This document shows, in pieces, positions 60,207-64,000 of a DNA stretch of 64,000 bases. The notes under the pieces were generated by a model. It saw only the letters and a program-made list of their open reading frames with translations, was not told where the DNA came from and did not search any database. Origin of the DNA: Ignavibacteriales bacterium. Lineage in GTDB: Bacteria; Bacteroidota; Ignavibacteria; UBA10030; UBA6906. The position numbers were made by a program, and so were the translations under genes. The stretch is from the NCBI GenBank assembly GCA_037441705.1, contig JBBIRR010000006.1, forward strand, positions 34,882 through 98,881. The letters run 5' to 3'. Position 1 is the first letter of the stretch. Each line of letters starts with the position of its first letter.

Positions 60207-60926
60207 ATGATTGTCCACAACAAATACGAGCAGAGAGTTCCTCACGAGGTTTCTACGTCTCGCTCCCGTCATGGCGATGGAACCGGCGCTTCGGAGAGAG
60301 AGAAGAAGCTGCACGATGTCGCGTTCACACTCAGCGTCTTTACAATTGTCTACAACATCGTCGAAGGGGGAGTGGCCACCTATTTCGGCTATGAAGACGA
60401 AACCTTTGCGTTGTTCGGCTTCGGGCTGGACAGCTTTATCGAAACCATGTCGGGCATCGGCATCGCCCACATGATTTACCGGATTCGGCAGAACAACAAC
60501 ATGTCGCACGATGACTTCGAACGCACGGCGCTGCGCGTCACCGGTTTCGCTTTTTACGGGCTGACGATCGTGTTACTTGCCACTGCAATCAACAACGCGT
60601 GGAGCCAGCACAGGCCGCAGACGACCTTCTGGGGCGTTATCATCTCCCTCATTTCGATTGCCGTCATGCTCGCCCTGGTCCAGGGCAAGCGTAAGGTGGG
60701 GCGTGCGCTTGACTCCGAAGCAATCCTCGCCGATGCGAATTGCACGAAGGTATGCATCTACATGTCGCTCGTCCTGCTGGCCGCCAGCGGCATCTACGAG
60801 CTGACGCAATTCGCCTACGCCGATGCCATCGGTACGGCCGGACTTGCGTACTTCTCCGCAACGGAAGGGAAGGAGTGCTTTCAGAAGGCGCGGACAGGCG
60901 CGGCGTGTGCATGCGGGCATGACTGA
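60207..60926 (+). CDS. cation transporter, CDF-like transmembrane domain only
   Basis: YNIVEG, FGFGLDSFIE, ILADA..T..C, YADA; C-terminal CACGHD; start uncertain. Confidence 0.8.
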   Translation: MIVHNKYEQRVPHEVSTSRSRHGDGTGASEREKKLHDVAFTLSVFTIVYNIVEGGVATYFGYEDETFALFGFGLDSFIETMSGIGIAHMIYRIRQNNNMSHDDFERTALRVTGFAFYGLTIVLLATAINNAWSQHRPQTTFWGVIISLISIAVMLALVQGKRKVGRALDSEAILADANCTKVCIYMSLVLLAASGIYELTQFAYADAIGTAGLAYFSATEGKECFQKARTGAACACGHD

Positions 60927-60949
60927 AGCGCGGAATCGGTGGTAGCCCA

Positions 60950-61687
60950 ATGTCTGCGTCCCCCTCGATGAGCATCATCATTCCCGCCCTCAACGAAGAG
61001 AAACTCCTCGGCGGCATGCTGCAGCAATTCACGCCCGACATCGTTCGCCGGCATAACCTCGAACTCATCGTCAGCGATGGGGGCAGTACCGACCGCACCC
61101 TCGAGATCGCCCGTCTGTACGCGCAGACTGTTGTGGAGAACACCACGGGGACGAAACAAACCATCTCGCTCGGCAGAAACGAAGGGGCGCGGCATGCCCG
61201 CGGAAACATTTTTGTGTTTCTCAATGCAGACACGCTGATCAAAGACATCGACTATTTCTTCCGACGCATCACCGAGGAGATTGACGAAGACGGCCTCGCG
61301 GCGATTACCTGCAGCGTCGAAATTTATCCGCATGAACGAAAGCCCATCGATCGCTTCTATCACGGCTTCTACAATTGGTTCTTCTTCATGATGAATCAGG
61401 TGGGGATGGGAATGGGGCGCGGAGAGTGCCACATCATGAAGCGCGAGGTCTTCGAGCGCGTGAACGGCTACGCCTCGCACATTGCCGCCGGCGAAGATTA
61501 CGATATGTTTCGACGGCTGAAACGCGTCGGCCGTATCAAATTTCTCAAAGATGTTGTCGTGTACGAGTCACCCCGTCGGTATCGGAAGTACGGCTACGCG
61601 TACGTTACCGCCTCGTGGTTCATGAACTTTCTCGCCGTGCAGTTTCTCCGCCGTTCCATACTCGATGAATGGAAGCCGGTGAGGTAG
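60950..61687 (+). CDS. glycosyltransferase family 2
   Basis: SIIIPALNEE, SDGGSTDRT, RNEGA, NAD in place of DxD, GED, ESPRRY. Confidence 0.88.
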   Translation: MSASPSMSIIIPALNEEKLLGGMLQQFTPDIVRRHNLELIVSDGGSTDRTLEIARLYAQTVVENTTGTKQTISLGRNEGARHARGNIFVFLNADTLIKDIDYFFRRITEEIDEDGLAAITCSVEIYPHERKPIDRFYHGFYNWFFFMMNQVGMGMGRGECHIMKREVFERVNGYASHIAAGEDYDMFRRLKRVGRIKFLKDVVVYESPRRYRKYGYAYVTASWFMNFLAVQFLRRSILDEWKPVR

Positions 61688-61691
61688 TTGG

Positions 61692-61720
61692 TTGCTTCTC
61701 CCTCCCCATTTGGATATATT
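61692..61720 (+). promoter_or_regulatory. putative sigma70 promoter of the M16 peptidase gene
   Basis: TTGCTT-17-TATATT. Confidence 0.55.
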
Positions 61721-61744
61721 TTTTTGAGTTTCATACGAAAGCGC

Positions 61745-63028
61745 ATGCTGAAAACACATATCGCGTCGGCAACGACGTCCATCTCGTCGGAACATTCGCT
61801 CTATCGAAAGACGGTGCTCGAGAACGGCATCCGCGTCGTCACCGAGCAGATTCCGTACGTGCGTTCGGTTTCCCTCGGCGTGTGGGCCAATGTCGGCTCG
61901 CGCGATGAAGATGCCGCGACCAACGGCATCAGCCACTTCGTTGAACACATGGTGTTCAAGGGGACGAAGAAACGAAGCGTGCGCGAGATTGCCCAGAGTC
62001 TCGAATCCCTCGGCGGCTACCTGAATGCCTTCACCACAAAGGAGCAAACCTGCTTCTATGCGCGCGTGCTGGATCGCCACCTCGCCGATGCGATGGATGT
62101 TCTGGCCGACCTTGTGCAGAATGCGACGTTCAAGAAGGACGAGGTAGAACGCGAAAAGTTGGTGGTGATTGAGGAGCTGAAGAACGCCGAAGACGATCCC
62201 GAAGACATCATCCACGATCACTTCGAAAAGGCACTCTTTCCCAAACACTCACTGGGCTACCCGATCATCGGAACGAAGGAGAACGTATTACGCTTCCAGC
62301 GGGATGATCTTCTGGCCCATGTTCGACGATACTATGTTCCGTCGCGGTTGGTTGTGGCGGCCGCCGGCAACGTCAACCACGAGCATCTCGTGCGTTTGGT
62401 GGAGCGGTACTTCCGCGCGCTGCCCGACGGTGTTGACGGGGTACAACGACGACAGGCACCTCCCCGGCTGAATCACAACACGTTTGCCGAGTATCCTCGT
62501 CCCATCAATCAGGCGCATGTGTGCTTAGGGACAGTCGCCTACAGCATCAAGCATCGGGATCGGTATCCGTTGACCGTGATGAATGCGTTGCTGGGTGAGG
62601 GGATGAGTTCCCGGCTCTACCAGAACATCCGAGAACGGTACGGACTGGCCTACAGCGTTTACTCGTACACGACGCTCTTGAGCGATGCCGGCGTGTTCGG
62701 CGTGTACGCGGGCACGGACAAGAAGAACATCGAAAACTCGATCGAGTTGATTCACAAGGAGCTCACGCGTCTGAAAACTCGCTCCGTCCCGAAGGCGGAG
62801 TTAGAGCGGACAAAGTCGCAGATCAAAGGGGTGATCATGCTGGGCCTGGAAAACATGTCGGGACGGATGATGCGACTCGGCAGCAGCGAATTGTATTTCG
62901 AAACGTTTACCTCGCTCGACACCATCTTGAAAAAGATCGACGCGGTAACGCCCGAAGCCATCCAGCTTGTGGCGAATGATCTGTTCGATGAAGAAAAGTT
63001 TTCCACGGTGATCATTCGGCCCTCCTGA
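61745..63028 (+). CDS. M16 family zinc peptidase (pitrilysin-like)
   Basis: GSRDE, HFVEH.VFKGT (HxxEH), NAFT, GMSSRL.Q.IRE..GLAY. Confidence 0.94.
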   Translation: MLKTHIASATTSISSEHSLYRKTVLENGIRVVTEQIPYVRSVSLGVWANVGSRDEDAATNGISHFVEHMVFKGTKKRSVREIAQSLESLGGYLNAFTTKEQTCFYARVLDRHLADAMDVLADLVQNATFKKDEVEREKLVVIEELKNAEDDPEDIIHDHFEKALFPKHSLGYPIIGTKENVLRFQRDDLLAHVRRYYVPSRLVVAAAGNVNHEHLVRLVERYFRALPDGVDGVQRRQAPPRLNHNTFAEYPRPINQAHVCLGTVAYSIKHRDRYPLTVMNALLGEGMSSRLYQNIRERYGLAYSVYSYTTLLSDAGVFGVYAGTDKKNIENSIELIHKELTRLKTRSVPKAELERTKSQIKGVIMLGLENMSGRMMRLGSSELYFETFTSLDTILKKIDAVTPEAIQLVANDLFDEEKFSTVIIRPS

Positions 63029-63032
63029 TTGT

Positions 63033-64000
63033 ATGATTACACTGAACGACCTCAATCCTCGACTGTTGAAAGCGGAGTATGCCGTCCGCGGGCCGATTGT
63101 CATCCGCGCACAGCAGCTGGAGGCACAGGGGCGAAAGATTATCTACTGCAACATCGGCAACCCGCAGGAGCTGAAGCAAAAGCCGCTCTCGTATCTGCGG
63201 CAGACGTTGAGCCTGTTGGAGTATCCCGAATTGCTTCACCGGCCCGAAGTGCTGAAGCTGTATCCGCGCGATATTGTGGAGCGGGTGCGGATGATTCTGC
63301 AGAAGCATCCGCCGGGGACGGGGGCCTATTCGCAGAGTGCAGGCATCCCGTTCATTCGCAAAGCCGTGGCCGAGTTCATCACCCGCCGCGACGGCATTCC
63401 CGCCAGCAGCGATCATATTGTGCTTACCGACGGCGCAAGCAAGGGCGTGCAGGCTGCCATTCTCGCCCTGCTGAAACACCCGAACGACGGGTTCATGATT
63501 CCCATCCCCCAATACCCCCTCTATAGCGCAACCATCGCGCTATACGGAGGAAGGCAGATTCCCTACTATCTCGACGAAGCGAATAAGTGGCAGTTGAACG
63601 AAGCGGCGCTCGAAGACGCCATCACCGATGCGAAGAGGGAGGGAATCCATCCGGTTGCGATTGCGGTCATCAACCCGGGCAACCCGACCGGGAGCGTGCT
63701 GACGTACGAGAACATTCAGATGGTCATTCGCTTCGCGAAGCGGCACAATCTCTCGATCATGGCCGATGAGGTGTATCAGGAAAACGTGTACGACCCGAAC
63801 AGCAAGTTCTACTCGTTTGCCAAGGTCATGCACGATATGAACGAGCGAGAGGTAACGCTGTTCAGCTTTCACTCCGTCTCCAAAGGATTTCTGGGCGAAT
63901 GCGGTCACCGCGGCGGGTACGTGGAGTTCCGCAACGTTCCGGACGACGTTCGGGCGCAGCTCATCAAGCAGCAAAGCATCAGTCTGTGCGCAAATCTGAG
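63033..64000 (+). CDS. alanine aminotransferase, eukaryote-like (class I/II PLP), 3'-truncated by window edge
   Basis: hand translation from ATG 63033: EYAVRG, CNIGNPQ, GAYSQSAG, LTDGAS, PIPQYPLYSA, INPGNPTG, ADEVYQENVY, SFHSVSKGFLGECGHRGGY; absent from the ORF track. Confidence 0.9.
   Translation, partial: MITLNDLNPRLLKAEYAVRGPIVIRAQQLEAQGRKIIYCNIGNPQELKQKPLSYLRQTLSLLEYPELLHRPEVLKLYPRDIVERVRMILQKHPPGTGAYSQSAGIPFIRKAVAEFITRRDGIPASSDHIVLTDGASKGVQAAILALLKHPNDGFMIPIPQYPLYSATIALYGGRQIPYYLDEANKWQLNEAALEDAITDAKREGIHPVAIAVINPGNPTGSVLTYENIQMVIRFAKRHNLSIMADEVYQENVYDPNSKFYSFAKVMHDMNEREVTLFSFHSVSKGFLGECGHRGGYVEFRNVPDDVRAQLIKQQSISLCANL

Noticed and set aside
63029-63526. 165-aa ORF in the track
   Set aside because: Off-frame to the aminotransferase starting at 63033, which carries all the recognisable motifs

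Overview
A gene-dense, mostly + strand housekeeping region of a fairly GC-rich Gram-negative bacterium. T9SS-type C-terminal domains, ScpA/ScpB, Shine-Dalgarno use and E. coli-like sigma70 promoters suggest an Ignavibacteria/Chlorobi-type lineage (inference). It holds a glycosylation/accA/nadC/flippase operon, a MarR + split-Soret-like cytochrome pair, prfA, tRNA-Arg(UCG)-tadA, pfk, menG, and a long aromatic amino acid operon with AroD-AroE and AroC-chorismate mutase fusions that runs on into envelope genes. Further on are an Lpp-like lipoprotein + LysM operon, phoH, mazG, prmC-dtd-comEC, methylmalonyl-CoA mutase, pfkB-mtnA-recO-htrA, HNH-trpS-scpAB-rluB-lysS, a TonB receptor / paralogous lipoprotein / T9SS-cargo locus, and a 3'-truncated eukaryote-type alanine aminotransferase that the ORF track misses. 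No CRISPR array, rRNA, transposase or integrase was seen. Best candidates for undescribed biology: (1) a Tat-signal, Fe-S-motif, di-heme protein with a T9SS sorting domain behind a Cys-rich MarR (possible surface redox protein); (2) a strongly expressed Braun's-lipoprotein-like coiled coil paired with a coiled-coil-LysM protein (possible outer membrane-peptidoglycan tether); (3) the TonB/lipoprotein/T9SS locus; (4) a stack of distinct palindromic elements at 9.5-9.9 kb. All family calls come from motif recognition by eye; no searches were run.
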